Shown here piece after piece: positions 48,681-58,784 of a stretch of DNA of 64,000 nucleotides. Origin of the DNA: Candidatus Sulfotelmatobacter sp. (lineage in GTDB: Archaea > Thermoproteota > Bathyarchaeia > Bathyarchaeales > Bathycorpusculaceae). Made by a program: the position numbers and the translations under genes. The stretch is from NCBI GenBank assembly GCA_035297385.1, contig DATGZD010000049.1, positions 5,808-69,807 on the forward strand, written 5' to 3'. The notes under the pieces were generated by a model. It was given only the letters and a program-made list of their open reading frames with translations, was not told where the DNA came from and made no database searches. The stretch's first letter is position 1. Each line of letters opens with the position of its first letter.

Positions 48681-49691
48681 TTATTCTTTGTGGAAGTATG
48701 GCAATATTTGCTTCCGATAAGCTGTCATAAGGCTCTCTTGATCCTGTCCGACTTGGTGCACATAGACTTTATTGCAGCCAGCTTCAATATTTTTATTGAT
48801 TCTCTTGATATGCTCTTCTAAATCATTTCCACAAATGATATGCTTTGCAATCGCATCTTCAGTAACAAGCTCTACTGCTTGTTCGAAATGTTTTGGTGTC
48901 TTGAGTTCTTGGCCCAGTTCGCCTGGCAAAACGCTGTTAGGCCATTGTTTTAATGCGATTTTTCTTGCTTTGTATTCATCATCTGAGTAACACACAGTAA
49001 ACGAGCCATAACAGGATGGATTTTTACCTTTGGCGGTACGTTTGAATTCTTCTATTATATCTGAACTAGGTGAAGTAGTTATTAACCCGTCGCCAATTTT
49101 GCCCGCTAGTTTGGCGGCATTCTTTCCTGCAGCGGCAATCAGGATATCAGGCAGATTCCTTGGTAGTGTGTAGATTCGCGCGTTATCGATAGTGTAGAAG
49201 CGACCATAATGAGTTACAACATCACCTTTCCAGAGCATACGAATTATTTCTACAGCCTCTTCGAGCATATTAGCACGTAAATCATAGTCTGGCCACCTCA
49301 TTCCTATGATATGTTCATTAAGGTTCTCTCCGCTGCCTAATCCGAGGGAAAATCGATCAGGCATTATAGTGGCAACGGTGGCTGCTGCTTGAGCGATTAT
49401 AGTCGGATGATACCTCATCGTAGGACAAGTTACGCCTGTTACTAAACGTAGAGTTTTTGTCGCCTGCGATATTGCACCTAAGACGCTCCAAACGAATGGG
49501 CTTTGTCCTTGAGCATCAATCCAAGGGTGGAAATGATCGGATATAAGAGCAAATTTGAAGCCTGCCCTCTCAGCTTTCTGTGCACTACTGATTAATTGTT
49601 GTGGATCAAGCTCTTCAGTTATTAGGGCACATCCAATTTCAACATTATTAGAGGATTCTAACAAGTTTTCTAACTCCTGAATTCTATTCAA
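48681..49691 (-). CDS. Luciferase-like monooxygenase family, F420-dependent oxidoreductase (G6PDH-family-like)
   Basis: 336 aa. ISDHFHPW, LGLGSGENLNEH and a TIM-barrel LLM pattern. TTG start. Confidence 0.75.
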   Translation of the reverse strand: MNRIQELENLLESSNNVEIGCALITEELDPQQLISSAQKAERAGFKFALISDHFHPWIDAQGQSPFVWSVLGAISQATKTLRLVTGVTCPTMRYHPTIIAQAAATVATIMPDRFSLGLGSGENLNEHIIGMRWPDYDLRANMLEEAVEIIRMLWKGDVVTHYGRFYTIDNARIYTLPRNLPDILIAAAGKNAAKLAGKIGDGLITTSPSSDIIEEFKRTAKGKNPSCYGSFTVCYSDDEYKARKIALKQWPNSVLPGELGQELKTPKHFEQAVELVTEDAIAKHIICGNDLEEHIKRINKNIEAGCNKVYVHQVGQDQESLMTAYRKQILPYFHKE

Positions 49692-49733
49692 ACATATAAA
49701 AATGGTTTATCTGTTCAAAGAAATTCGAATCTT

Positions 49734-50015
49734 TTACATTGACATGGGTTTTTCGACAGCTTGCTGTTTAATAGGTATTTGCTCGCTTGTTTGTTCATGC
49801 ATCTTGCGATGATGCTCATTGTGAGCTCCTAACATATCAAAAACTTGACCGCATGTTCTACATTTGTATTTTCCTTCAGCAGTTACCTCAGCTGTAGTGG
49901 AAGCATTTGTTTCCTGATCTTTCATGCCTTCGCCTGTCAGTCCTTCAGATTCGTAACCGGTGCTAGCTCTAGATTCTTCTTGCCCACTTCTGTTATCATT
50001 CTGCAAAACATTCAC
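49734..50015 (-). CDS. Small protein with a single classical C2H2 zinc finger
   Basis: 93 aa. Disordered acidic N-terminus, then YKCRTCGQVFDMLGAHNEHHRKMH (C-x2-C-x12-H-x4-H). Confidence 0.6.
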   Translation of the reverse strand: MNVLQNDNRSGQEESRASTGYESEGLTGEGMKDQETNASTTAEVTAEGKYKCRTCGQVFDMLGAHNEHHRKMHEQTSEQIPIKQQAVEKPMSM

Positions 50016-50247
50016 CTCCTCAGCATGACCAGTTAAAATTCAAATTGACACTTGTGATAGTCTATGAACACTATACGATGGAAGTATAATAAGCGTATGT
50101 TGTAAATCATACACAGCCACAAACTCATTCGAAAAAGTAACTTAGTAACTGAACAGCTTAGTATTGAGTATTTTTGTGTTTTCTCTGTATTGTTGTTGTC
50201 ATCAAACAATCACAAATGTTTAAAAAAACAACTCAATTAAGCCCTTT

Positions 50248-50508
50248 GTGGTGCACATGACTGAGCCAGATTTTCCTTACAAGAAACCTCCGCCAAAGAA
50301 TCCTGCGGTAAGGGGAAAAGGAACACAGTCTTCGCCGGATGTAACCGAGCCAAAAATTGAAGAAGAATCAACTAAAGGCAACGAAGGCAAGGTAAAGGAA
50401 GCGGGTACGTTTACTTGCAGCGTATGTGGAAAGTCTTTCAATACTCAGTCTGAATTAGATCTTCATACGAGTACGGCACATAAAACTGCGAAGAAAGTAA
50501 CGGTTTAG
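50248..50508 (+). CDS. Small protein with a single classical C2H2 zinc finger
   Basis: 86 aa (or ATG at 50257). FTCSVCGKSFNTQSELDLHTSTAH equals F-x-C-x2-C-x3-F-x5-L-x2-H-x4-H. Confidence 0.65.
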   Translation: MVHMTEPDFPYKKPPPKNPAVRGKGTQSSPDVTEPKIEEESTKGNEGKVKEAGTFTCSVCGKSFNTQSELDLHTSTAHKTAKKVTV

Positions 50509-50511
50509 GAG

Positions 50512-50679
50512 GTGAAGAGTATTCCCCCTAGAGGTGTGAAGAGTGAGAAAAGAAAAAGACAATATGAACATATAAAAGAAAGCGAGGAAAAAAGAGGTAG
50601 ATCAGAAGGAACTGCTAAAAGAATTGCGGCCGCGACTACTAACAAGACACGAAGAGAAAAAGGTGAAACAAAATCATAA
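50512..50679 (+). CDS. 55-aa basic protein resembling a bacterial small stress / 'plasmid stabilization'-annotated family
   Basis: Below the ORF-track size cutoff. The GTG overlaps AGGAGG, 3 nt after the preceding TAG. Translation: MKSIPPRGVKSEKRKRQYEHIKESEEKRGRSEGTAKRIAAATTNKTRREKGETKS. Confidence 0.5.
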   Translation: MKSIPPRGVKSEKRKRQYEHIKESEEKRGRSEGTAKRIAAATTNKTRREKGETKS

Positions 50680-50954
50680 TACCAGTTCTCTTTAACATTT
50701 TGATGAATAGCCCAAAGACAGTTTTTGTTCCTTTCACCTTTGACTTATCGATCATAGACTTGCTTCAAAGCTGATATCATTGAAAGGAAGATAGAATGCT
50801 CGATATCTAAATTCTTTAGGAACGATGAAATCTAAAATAGTTGCTAAATTATCTTGACTGAAAAATATTATAATTCTCATGGTTTGTGACTGTGGCATCC
50901 CTATAACATAGGCTTATCAAGTACCATCTCTTCTTTTTGTATGGAGGAAATTTT

Positions 50955-51131
50955 TTGAGTGAATATGAAATAAAAGGGAAAGCTAAGCAAGTCAAAGGCA
51001 AAGTCAGAAATGCTGCAGGTAGATTGACAGGAAACACTGGGCAGCGAGTTAAGGGTTCAATGGAAAATGCTGGCGGCAAGGTTCAAGAAGGAGTAGGAAG
51101 AGCGACAAGAAAAAGAACTCGAAGAGCATAG
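50955..51131 (+). CDS. CsbD-like general stress protein
   Basis: KGKAKQVKGKVRNAAGRLTGNTGQRVKGSMENAGGKVQEGVG is the CsbD repeat pattern. I prefer the TTG at 50955, 6 nt after GGAGGA. Confidence 0.7.
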   Translation: MSEYEIKGKAKQVKGKVRNAAGRLTGNTGQRVKGSMENAGGKVQEGVGRATRKRTRRA

Positions 51132-51175
51132 AGCAGTTTACTTTTTGGTTCTACGTTGAAGTGGAGGGGATATAA

Positions 51176-51646
51176 GTGAAAAGAGAAGCGTCCAGCATGA
51201 AGACTGACAATAAAAGCATATATGATTTGCTAAAGAAGGATCATACAGAAGTAAAGCAGTTATTCAAACAGATTCTGGATGAATGTAAACCTGACGAAGC
51301 AGCATACAATCAAATTAGAAGTGCTTTACAAGTGCATATGAGAGGTGAAGAAGAATACTTCTATCCAGCGATTAAGGATGGAAGAGATGCGCGAATCTTA
51401 TCGAATGAGGCTATGGTTGAACATAATTCTGCTAAAATGTTGATGGATGAAATCGATAATACAGGTGAGGATGATGAAATGTGGCTACCAAGAGTCAAAG
51501 TGCTCAGTGAAATGATAGATCACCATGTAGAAGATGAAGAAGGAGACCTTTTTGATGAAGCAAAGAAGCTACTTAACGAAAACCAAGCGTGCGAAATCGG
51601 CCAAAAATTTCAGGAAATTAAAGGCATGTCAGCTAAAATGATGTAA
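51176..51646 (+). CDS. Hemerythrin-like (HHE cation-binding) domain protein
   Basis: LLKKDHTEVKQLF...HMRGEEEYFYP...HHVEDEEGDLF. GTG start after GGAGGGG. Confidence 0.8.
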   Translation: MKREASSMKTDNKSIYDLLKKDHTEVKQLFKQILDECKPDEAAYNQIRSALQVHMRGEEEYFYPAIKDGRDARILSNEAMVEHNSAKMLMDEIDNTGEDDEMWLPRVKVLSEMIDHHVEDEEGDLFDEAKKLLNENQACEIGQKFQEIKGMSAKMM

Positions 51647-51702
51647 TAGTTAACTGATCAAGTTTTTGTTTCCACAAGAATTTTTTATTAAACTTATAGT
51701 GT

Positions 51703-52449
51703 TTAGTCTGAATTATTTCTTTTTTTATTGTTGGTGATATTCTGTGGCTTTTTTGGAGATACCCATTCTGTTCCACCACATCTTGGACATGGAGTAAATT
51801 TAGCTTCCATATCAAACTCCGTTTTTTCTCCACATTTCCAGCAAAAATAATTGGATGCTTCTTTGACTGTCTGCTTAACATGATAATGCTTAGGAAAATT
51901 ATCATTTTCAGGAAGAATTGACAAGCCTGCTGTGGGATGCTCTTTCTTAAAGATGCTTATCTCGCCTGTATGTTCGAAGTACGCTTTTTTTATTTGCCCT
52001 AGATTATCTATTCCTTGAAGCCTTAACAAGGAGTATATTTCTTCTGGTGCTAATTTCTCCTTTTTGACAGACTCGGGGTCAACTCTTCCATCTTCGATTA
52101 GAAGCGTCGCTTCGCTTTCAATGAAGGATTCGAGCTTTTTGCTTTTCTGAGCTAAATGTATAAAACCAATTTCAAGAAGCAAAAACGCAGTCAATACGAC
52201 CATAGCAAATATTATGGGAATTTCCACTTGAACTGCAGGGTTTCCTATAATATTACCTATTGCAACTATGACGACTGCATCAAACATACTCAACTGTTTA
52301 TTCTCACGTTTACCCATCAAACGTAGAAGAAAGAAGGCATATATGTAGAGAATGATGACTCTAACTATGACCGCGGGCAAATATAACCAAGTATCATTGC
52401 CCATCTGACCAAGAAATACACTATTTAGAAAATCTTCCAGAACAGACAT
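51703..52449 (-). CDS. DUF421 (YetF-like) membrane protein with a C-terminal Zn ribbon
   Basis: N-terminal TM helices with the MGKRENKQLSMFDAVVIVAIG pattern, then CWKCG...CPRCGG. Confidence 0.7.
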   Translation of the reverse strand: MSVLEDFLNSVFLGQMGNDTWLYLPAVIVRVIILYIYAFFLLRLMGKRENKQLSMFDAVVIVAIGNIIGNPAVQVEIPIIFAMVVLTAFLLLEIGFIHLAQKSKKLESFIESEATLLIEDGRVDPESVKKEKLAPEEIYSLLRLQGIDNLGQIKKAYFEHTGEISIFKKEHPTAGLSILPENDNFPKHYHVKQTVKEASNYFCWKCGEKTEFDMEAKFTPCPRCGGTEWVSPKKPQNITNNKKRNNSD

Positions 52450-52698
52450 CTATATGTTCGACTCTTTGAAAACTTATCTATCTCATAGAAGAGTTAAAAG
52501 AGATTAATAAATAGTCGGTTGCTTGACAATTTCAGAACTGTACATTGAATTGAGTATTTGCGAATAGTATTACAGTAGATTTGGCGTTCTTGTTGAGTTT
52601 AGTTGTTTCATTGTACAATTTCCACTTAAGCAATTTTATTTTGGCATGATTTTGGTAGATAATATCTCGATTCCTTCGGTTTTATTAGAGTAAAAAGG

Positions 52699-54066
52699 TT
52701 ACTTGCCTATGACGTGAAGTTTTTCCGCAAGAATCCATGGAGATACCAATTGTCCTATCTGTCTATCATTGTTTGCGATAACACTTACATTTTTTAGTAC
52801 TTCGAAGATGTTGCCTGCCAACATAATACCTCGAGTGCAATGTTCTATCTCCCCTTTCTTGATTTTCCATGCAGGAGTTGCTACAACTGAGAATTCGCCA
52901 CTAACTGGGTTGCTGCTATGTGCGCCTTGTAAGTAATAGATGAGTAAGCCTTCATCTATCTCAGACATAAGCTGATCTACTGTTATAGTACCAGGCATTA
53001 TGTGAAAATTTGTTGTCTCTATATTAGGTGTAGATAGATAACCTGCTCTCGATGCATTGCCAGTGCTTTGTACACCTTCTTTCTTAGCTGCATAATTGTC
53101 ATAAAGGAACCCCTTCAAAATGCCTTTCTCGATGATTGCAGTTTTCTGGCGAGGATAGCCTTCGCCGTCGAATATCGATGTTCGTAAACCGCCAGTGTAT
53201 AAGCCATCATCATAGATTGTTATGTTTCCTGAAGCTACTTTTTGACCAACCTTATCTTTGAATGCTGATTGATTGCGTTGTACACTGTCTGCTTTGACTG
53301 CGTTAATTAATGTATAGTAGAGAAGTTCTTGTAGTGCGAACTGAGTTAGGATTAGCTTTGTTGTTTTTGTCTCAACGGGTTTAGTCTTCAATGCAGATAT
53401 AGCAAGTCTAGCGGCTTCTTTTCCAACCCACTCAGGATCTACTTTGTAGTTTCGTTTAGCGTCGAATTCAAAGCAAACAGGAGTAACCGTGTTCCCTGTC
53501 TTGGCGACTGTTGCTAAGCTGCATTCAATCATAGTTCCTTTATCAAAAGCTGAAATACTGTTAGTGTTAGCAATAGCTACTGCGAAGGATCCTGTTCCTG
53601 CACCTCCTTCGACGGCAAGCACACGTTTGTCTGTTTGAATTGCAGCATCTAACATAACAGAGGTCATATTCACTAAATCTTCAGAATGAACGTCAGAGAT
53701 TGCAGAATCGTAAGTATTCTCTGGTAACGCATAAGGTTGTCTTTCGGGTAATCCATGCCAGTCGGGATCAGGTTTGCTTGCCTTTGCAGCATTCATCGCT
53801 CTAACAATTATATCTTCTATAGCAGTCTGTTTGTCTATTACGTTAGTATATGCGAAACCAATGGCTTTATCGATAATGATCCTTATGCCTAAACCATGGT
53901 CAACCGTTTTGTTGCTCTTGTTAATTTGACCACGTTCTAACCCGATGCTTATGCCTTGCCCGTCATAAGCGTAAGCTTCAGCTTCTGTCGCACCTTTCTG
54001 CTGAGCGATGCGCACAGCATTTTCTGCTACATTTAGTAATTCTTCTTTCTTAAGCGCTGCCACCAA
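52699..54066 (-). CDS. TldD/PmbA family metalloprotease subunit (PmbA-like)
   Basis: 455 aa with the C-terminal [13 protein letters not shown] pattern. It overlaps the upstream TldD gene by 17 nt. Confidence 0.8.
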   Translation of the reverse strand: MVAALKKEELLNVAENAVRIAQQKGATEAEAYAYDGQGISIGLERGQINKSNKTVDHGLGIRIIIDKAIGFAYTNVIDKQTAIEDIIVRAMNAAKASKPDPDWHGLPERQPYALPENTYDSAISDVHSEDLVNMTSVMLDAAIQTDKRVLAVEGGAGTGSFAVAIANTNSISAFDKGTMIECSLATVAKTGNTVTPVCFEFDAKRNYKVDPEWVGKEAARLAISALKTKPVETKTTKLILTQFALQELLYYTLINAVKADSVQRNQSAFKDKVGQKVASGNITIYDDGLYTGGLRTSIFDGEGYPRQKTAIIEKGILKGFLYDNYAAKKEGVQSTGNASRAGYLSTPNIETTNFHIMPGTITVDQLMSEIDEGLLIYYLQGAHSSNPVSGEFSVVATPAWKIKKGEIEHCTRGIMLAGNIFEVLKNVSVIANNDRQIGQLVSPWILAEKLHVIGK

Positions 54067-55432
54067 CTGTAACCTCCTTGACTCTTATGTGTGGTCCTCC
54101 ATCACAGATAAACGCAGTCTGACCTTTTCCACATCTTCCTGCGTCTAACTCGAAGTCTTTGCCGACGGCATCAACTTTTAGAAGCGTGTCAAGTGTATTA
54201 CCACTGATGGAGGCGTTCCGAACAGGACCAGCTACTTCTCCGTTAATTATTTCGTAGCCTTCTTGTATACCAACCTGAAAAGTGCCGTCAACGTTGGCTT
54301 GTCCTCCTCGAAAACTCTTAAAGAAATAGCCAAATCTTACGTCTTCAATGAGTTCTTCAAAAGAAGAATCTCTTGGAGCCATGAATGTATTACGCATTCG
54401 AATTATTGGTTCTACATGAAAATCTTCGGCTCTTGCATTGCCGGTGGGTTCAGCATGGAATTTTTGTGCAGTTTCGAGATTATGCATTAAACCTGTGACG
54501 ACTCCATCTTTAATGAGGAGTGTTTTTTGTGCGGGGACACCTTCATCATCATATTTGAATGAACCAAAGGCGCCGTTGATCGTTCCGTCATCATAGAAGG
54601 TAACCAGATCTGAAGCAATTTTTTTGCCCAGATTATTTGCGAGTACACCTCCAGATAGAGCTAAATCAGCTTCTGCAAGATGACCGAACGCTTCATGAAC
54701 AAAGACACCAACAACATTTGGTCCTAAAACAACCGGGAAACTGCCTCCTTTTGGAGTTTTTGCTTCAAACTGTTCGACTGCACGTTTCGCTAATTTTTCG
54801 CTCAGTAGCTCAGGAGTTTCTTTATCAAATAATTCGTAGCCTGCAGTTGAACCGATTTCTTCTCTGCTGAATGTGAAGACACCTTTTTGTTCAGCTGCTG
54901 CGGTCATACGTGACCAGACATAGAGTTTGTCCTGTTCTATATATGTGCCTTCACTGTTCATGAAGTTGCTGGTTCCAGTTAAGTCAAGGTAGTCTATGGT
55001 GCAACTTTTAATGCGTTTATCGTATTTCAGCGTATTTTGGTTAATGTTTAATGCTGTTCTTATCTTGTCTTGCATATTAATCTCTGCAGGATTCTTATCA
55101 GGCTTGATTCGAACGGTATCTTCCACAACCTGTGTTTTAGCAAGCTTTATTGGGTTTTTTAGCTTAAGACTCGCTGCCTTCGCCATTTTGCATGCATCAG
55201 AAACAGAATCTACTAAGATCTCTTGCTTTAGGGAACCGACTGAAGCAAAGCCCCACGCTCCATTCACTAATACGCGAAGCGCCACTCCACTTTCTATGCC
55301 TTGTTTGGCAGCCTCAACGCGTCCCTCTTTTAAGGTTAGCATAGTTTTTAGAAGCGTCTCAGCACGTGCTTCAGCATATTCTGCGCCGAATTTTTTTGCT
55401 TCAGTAATTGGTTTAATTAAAATATCCTTCAA
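54050..55432 (-). CDS. tldD: TldD family metalloprotease subunit
   Basis: [11 protein letters not shown] (HExxxH) motif. I prefer the TTG at 55430-55432 ([21 protein letters not shown]), because the 26 aa upstream look like translated AT-rich spacer. Confidence 0.8.
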   Translation of the reverse strand: MKDILIKPITEAKKFGAEYAEARAETLLKTMLTLKEGRVEAAKQGIESGVALRVLVNGAWGFASVGSLKQEILVDSVSDACKMAKAASLKLKNPIKLAKTQVVEDTVRIKPDKNPAEINMQDKIRTALNINQNTLKYDKRIKSCTIDYLDLTGTSNFMNSEGTYIEQDKLYVWSRMTAAAEQKGVFTFSREEIGSTAGYELFDKETPELLSEKLAKRAVEQFEAKTPKGGSFPVVLGPNVVGVFVHEAFGHLAEADLALSGGVLANNLGKKIASDLVTFYDDGTINGAFGSFKYDDEGVPAQKTLLIKDGVVTGLMHNLETAQKFHAEPTGNARAEDFHVEPIIRMRNTFMAPRDSSFEELIEDVRFGYFFKSFRGGQANVDGTFQVGIQEGYEIINGEVAGPVRNASISGNTLDTLLKVDAVGKDFELDAGRCGKGQTAFICDGGPHIRVKEVTVGGSA

Positions 55433-55587
55433 TGACAATAACCTTCTGAACAGATAGATGTGTAAAAGGATAAAATTGTTTTGTTTTCCTAATGGGGAGA
55501 AGAAATGCAATAGATATTTTCGGTTATGTTTAGCTATTTAGTGAGGTACATTTGATTAGCCGAGATCCAATCCATACTAGTGCATTG

Positions 55588-56922
55588 TCATAGGAAATCT
55601 CCAAGATGTGATTGTTGGACAGTTCCAGGACGTCTAACCTTACGGTTCACGTTAGATGCTGAAACAGCATCAACCTCATCAAGGAGCAGTTTTCCATATA
55701 CACCATCGAACCCTGGGAGGACAGGTACTGAGCCGGCTCGGTTTCTTAGTATAGCATTTGTGATTTGTGGTTCAACGATTTGATTTAAGGTCTCCTCAGG
55801 GACATCAAGGAGGACTGTGTACTCGTTACCAAATCGTTCGATAAGAAGGTTGTAGATTTTCCATACTGCTTGATTGGATGGTTCAGCAACTTTTAAGAGG
55901 GCAGCGATAATTTCAGATAAAGGTAATAACCGTTTAAAGCCTGGTCTTCCACTTGGAGCGTAACCAATAGGACGATCAGCAAGTTCTTCTACTCTCTGTT
56001 CAACGCCCTTGGTAAGCTTTCTGTGGCAAACTGGACATATATTGTCGAATTTTTGTGCTTCTTTTGGTGAAAGAGATACATTGCATTTGCGGTGTCCAGT
56101 CCAATGGTACTTACCGTAGGCAGGGTCTGTTTCGATTGTGAAGTTGAGGCGAGTTGGGTCGTTTGTGCGGATAGTATCTGTTATTTGTTGATAGGTTACT
56201 TTTTTAAGCTCAAATACGTTTGCTTCTCTGCCGATTCGCCATGGCCAAAAACTATGGCAATCACTGTTTGAGAGTAATGTAAACCTATCCAAGCTGCTGA
56301 TTCGCCAATTCATGGGTGGGTCTGATGATAATCCGGTTTCGAGAGCATGAATATGTTTAGTCATGTCTTGATAGCAATCTTGCATGGTGTCAAAACCGCT
56401 GAATGCGCCGAAGATACTAAACCATGGTGTCCAAGCATGAGCAGGAAAAATCATGTTCTCAGTAGATATTTCCATGATTTCTTCGACTAATTGTGGCGCT
56501 GTCATATCAAGTATAGGCCTACCATCAACACTGAGGTCACCATGAGCCTTTAATGCACTGTTTATTTCAGTGACGCTCTCTATGTTGGGAGTTAGAATTA
56601 CATGGTGAACTTTTTTGGATTGACCCTGAAAATTGAAGATAGTGCATACTTCTGTAGTCAACATAAATTGTACAGAAGAATCGATTGATTTGGCAACATG
56701 AAACAAGCCGGTGTCTGTATCTGAAGTAAGAGTTTCTTGTATTTCATGTAACCATTTTGGATGTGTAAAATCTCCTGTTCCTAGAAGGTTTAAGCCTTTG
56801 ATTTTTGCAAAGCGTGCGGTCTCTTCTAAATTCATCCGCTCGCTCGTGGCTCGACTGTAACGCCCATGAATATGTAAGTCAGCAATTACTCGAATGGCAG
56901 TAACATCTCCATTAATTCTCAA
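55588..56922 (-). CDS. endoQ: Endonuclease Q (PHP-domain deaminated-base endonuclease)
   Basis: ADLHIHGRYSRA, GLNLLGTGDFTHPKW, PAHAWTPW, LSNSDCHS, a CPVCHRKLTKGVEQRV zinc finger, and C-terminal PGFDGVYGKL. These track the Pyrococcus EndoQ sequence as I recall it. Confidence 0.85.
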   Translation of the reverse strand: MRINGDVTAIRVIADLHIHGRYSRATSERMNLEETARFAKIKGLNLLGTGDFTHPKWLHEIQETLTSDTDTGLFHVAKSIDSSVQFMLTTEVCTIFNFQGQSKKVHHVILTPNIESVTEINSALKAHGDLSVDGRPILDMTAPQLVEEIMEISTENMIFPAHAWTPWFSIFGAFSGFDTMQDCYQDMTKHIHALETGLSSDPPMNWRISSLDRFTLLSNSDCHSFWPWRIGREANVFELKKVTYQQITDTIRTNDPTRLNFTIETDPAYGKYHWTGHRKCNVSLSPKEAQKFDNICPVCHRKLTKGVEQRVEELADRPIGYAPSGRPGFKRLLPLSEIIAALLKVAEPSNQAVWKIYNLLIERFGNEYTVLLDVPEETLNQIVEPQITNAILRNRAGSVPVLPGFDGVYGKLLLDEVDAVSASNVNRKVRRPGTVQQSHLGDFL

Positions 56923-57239
56923 TTGGCTTTGTTTAAGGTATAGCTGCAGATTGTTATTTGAAGACGCAGCATATATAAAAACTCGCTAACCCGAGTGTCT
57001 AACTCTTTGATTGGTTTATTGTATTGAGCATTTAAGTTTCTGGCTTGTACAATTTTTGTTTGGATAGTTTTATGCTTGCTAAATTTATGATAAGCAATGT
57101 AAGAATCATCCATAATGGAAGTATTTTTGGAATTACTACTGTTCCAAGCTCGATAGCCACATTATGGATACTGTGAGTATAAGTAAAATGTAATATCCTC
57201 ATAGAATCATTTGTTGAGGATAATAGCTTAATGTTAAGT

Positions 57240-57800
57240 CTATCTTGATTTTAGTTTTTGAGTCCAATCAGCTAGAGCTTGAAGCAATTCTTGTAAACGT
57301 TTACGAGTGTCCTCATCTTTCAGGTTACCTGCTTCATCAAAATAGTTTCTGGCATTTGCAAGCATAAACTCTGGACGATTAATAGGATACATGTTTACGA
57401 AGACAAATGTTTGCCGAAGATGATACTGCATCCGTGCACCACCCAGTTTTCCAGTAGAAGCACTTATGATTGCAGCGGGTTTGCCATCCCATGCATTATC
57501 AGTTGGTGGTCTCGATGCCCAGTCAATCGCATTCTTCAACATTCCAGGAATCGAATAATTGTATTCAGGTGATGCTATGAGAATGGCATCTGAGCCGCGA
57601 ATTTTAGCTTTGAACTCTCGAATTATTGTAGGGGGGTTTTGCATGAGATCTTGGTTGAAAAGAGGAAAGTCAGCAAGGTCAAAGATCTCTAAGGTTACGT
57701 TATCGGGTAACAATTCAAATGAAGTTTTCATCAATGCTTTATTATAGGAGTCTTTGCGTAAGCTTCCAATCAACCCCAAAAACTTGAGTTTCTCATTCAT
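57240..57800 (-). CDS. NADPH-dependent FMN reductase family protein
   Basis: LGLIGSLRKDSYN and SPEYNYSIPGMLKNAIDWASR motifs. Confidence 0.85.
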   Translation of the reverse strand: MNEKLKFLGLIGSLRKDSYNKALMKTSFELLPDNVTLEIFDLADFPLFNQDLMQNPPTIIREFKAKIRGSDAILIASPEYNYSIPGMLKNAIDWASRPPTDNAWDGKPAAIISASTGKLGGARMQYHLRQTFVFVNMYPINRPEFMLANARNYFDEAGNLKDEDTRKRLQELLQALADWTQKLKSR

Positions 57801-57968
57801 ATTAGATACCTCTTTCGCGAAAACTTACCAAATTACTAAGTTCATGAATGAGATTTAAGTTTGTCGTCTTAACGAGCCAAACCATTAACCAATTAAACTA
57901 TTTGATATTTAGCAAAGCAAAGTGAAGAAAGAAAAGATAAATATTAGTTTATTGGACGATTTCGTACT

Positions 57969-58781
57969 TCAAACAAAGGGAGATGACAATTCCGTAGACA
58001 ACAGTATTTTGTCGCCTGGTTTGGCATTGAATTTTTCTGCAGCGTTTCCCTGATTAACGGCGATTTCGACAAAACCTTGACTTCCTATAAGTAGTAATGC
58101 TTCTCCACGTTTGTTTTCTGCATAGGTTTTGCCAATTCTTAGGTTCATTCTACAATCCGCTACTTCTATGTTAAATGAGGTCTCAGTGTGGAGATGCTTC
58201 AAATCTTGCTCAGTAATGTTGGTTATTATATTCCCAAAACTGTCCACATGTAGAACTTCGCCTATTAAACTATTTTTGTGAAAAGTAACTTTGGCAAAAT
58301 CAGGTTTAATCACATTATGAAGCTCTGGTCCAAACTCTGAAGGCTGTATACCAATTGCTAAATGAGCAGCGATGGATGCAAAAATATCCCTGCCATGGAA
58401 CGTGCTTGAAACGTGAGGTAACATAAATTCAGGGTTTGTTATCTCATGGATACTCGTTATACCTTGTTTCTCGGCAGCCAACATTAGCACACCATTATCG
58501 GGTCCAATAAACGAGGCATCCTGTGTCTGGACTAACAAGGAACGCCTAGCAGTGCCTACTCCAGGGTCAACTACTACAACATGAATTGTGTCTTTAGGAA
58601 AATATGGTTCAGCAGAAGCCAACATATAGGCACCCATCCGAATATTGAACTTCTCTATTGAATGTGTAACATCAACTATAACTGCATCATAACAGAGACC
58701 TAAGATAACTGCTTTCATTTCTGCCACATACGGATCTTGCAAACCAAAATCTGTGGTCAATGCAAAAATTTTTCGTGCCAA
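57969..58781 (-). CDS. SAM hydroxide adenosyltransferase (DUF62, chlorinase/fluorinase fold)
   Basis: FALTTDFGLQDPYVAEMK...VVVDPGVGT...GPDNG...DSFGN. TTG start 6 nt after the MoaD-like stop. Confidence 0.85.
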   Translation of the reverse strand: MARKIFALTTDFGLQDPYVAEMKAVILGLCYDAVIVDVTHSIEKFNIRMGAYMLASAEPYFPKDTIHVVVVDPGVGTARRSLLVQTQDASFIGPDNGVLMLAAEKQGITSIHEITNPEFMLPHVSSTFHGRDIFASIAAHLAIGIQPSEFGPELHNVIKPDFAKVTFHKNSLIGEVLHVDSFGNIITNITEQDLKHLHTETSFNIEVADCRMNLRIGKTYAENKRGEALLLIGSQGFVEIAVNQGNAAEKFNAKPGDKILLSTELSSPFV

Positions 58782-58784
58782 AGT

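Noticed and set aside
50700-50774. Possible C/D box sRNA (TGATGA at 50701-50706 and CTGA at 50771-50774)
   Set aside because: There are no convincing internal D'/C' boxes at 12-nt guide spacing, and no terminal complementary stem. At 75 nt it is long for an archaeal C/D sRNA, so this is probably a chance match in AT-rich spacer.
54996-55457. 153-aa plus-strand ORF inside tldD. Similar internal or antisense ORFs lie at 596..946, 9060..9386, 22553..22915, 34393..34674 and 41382..41729.
   Set aside because: All lie antisense within long genes that have clear family motifs. None has a motif or SD of its own.
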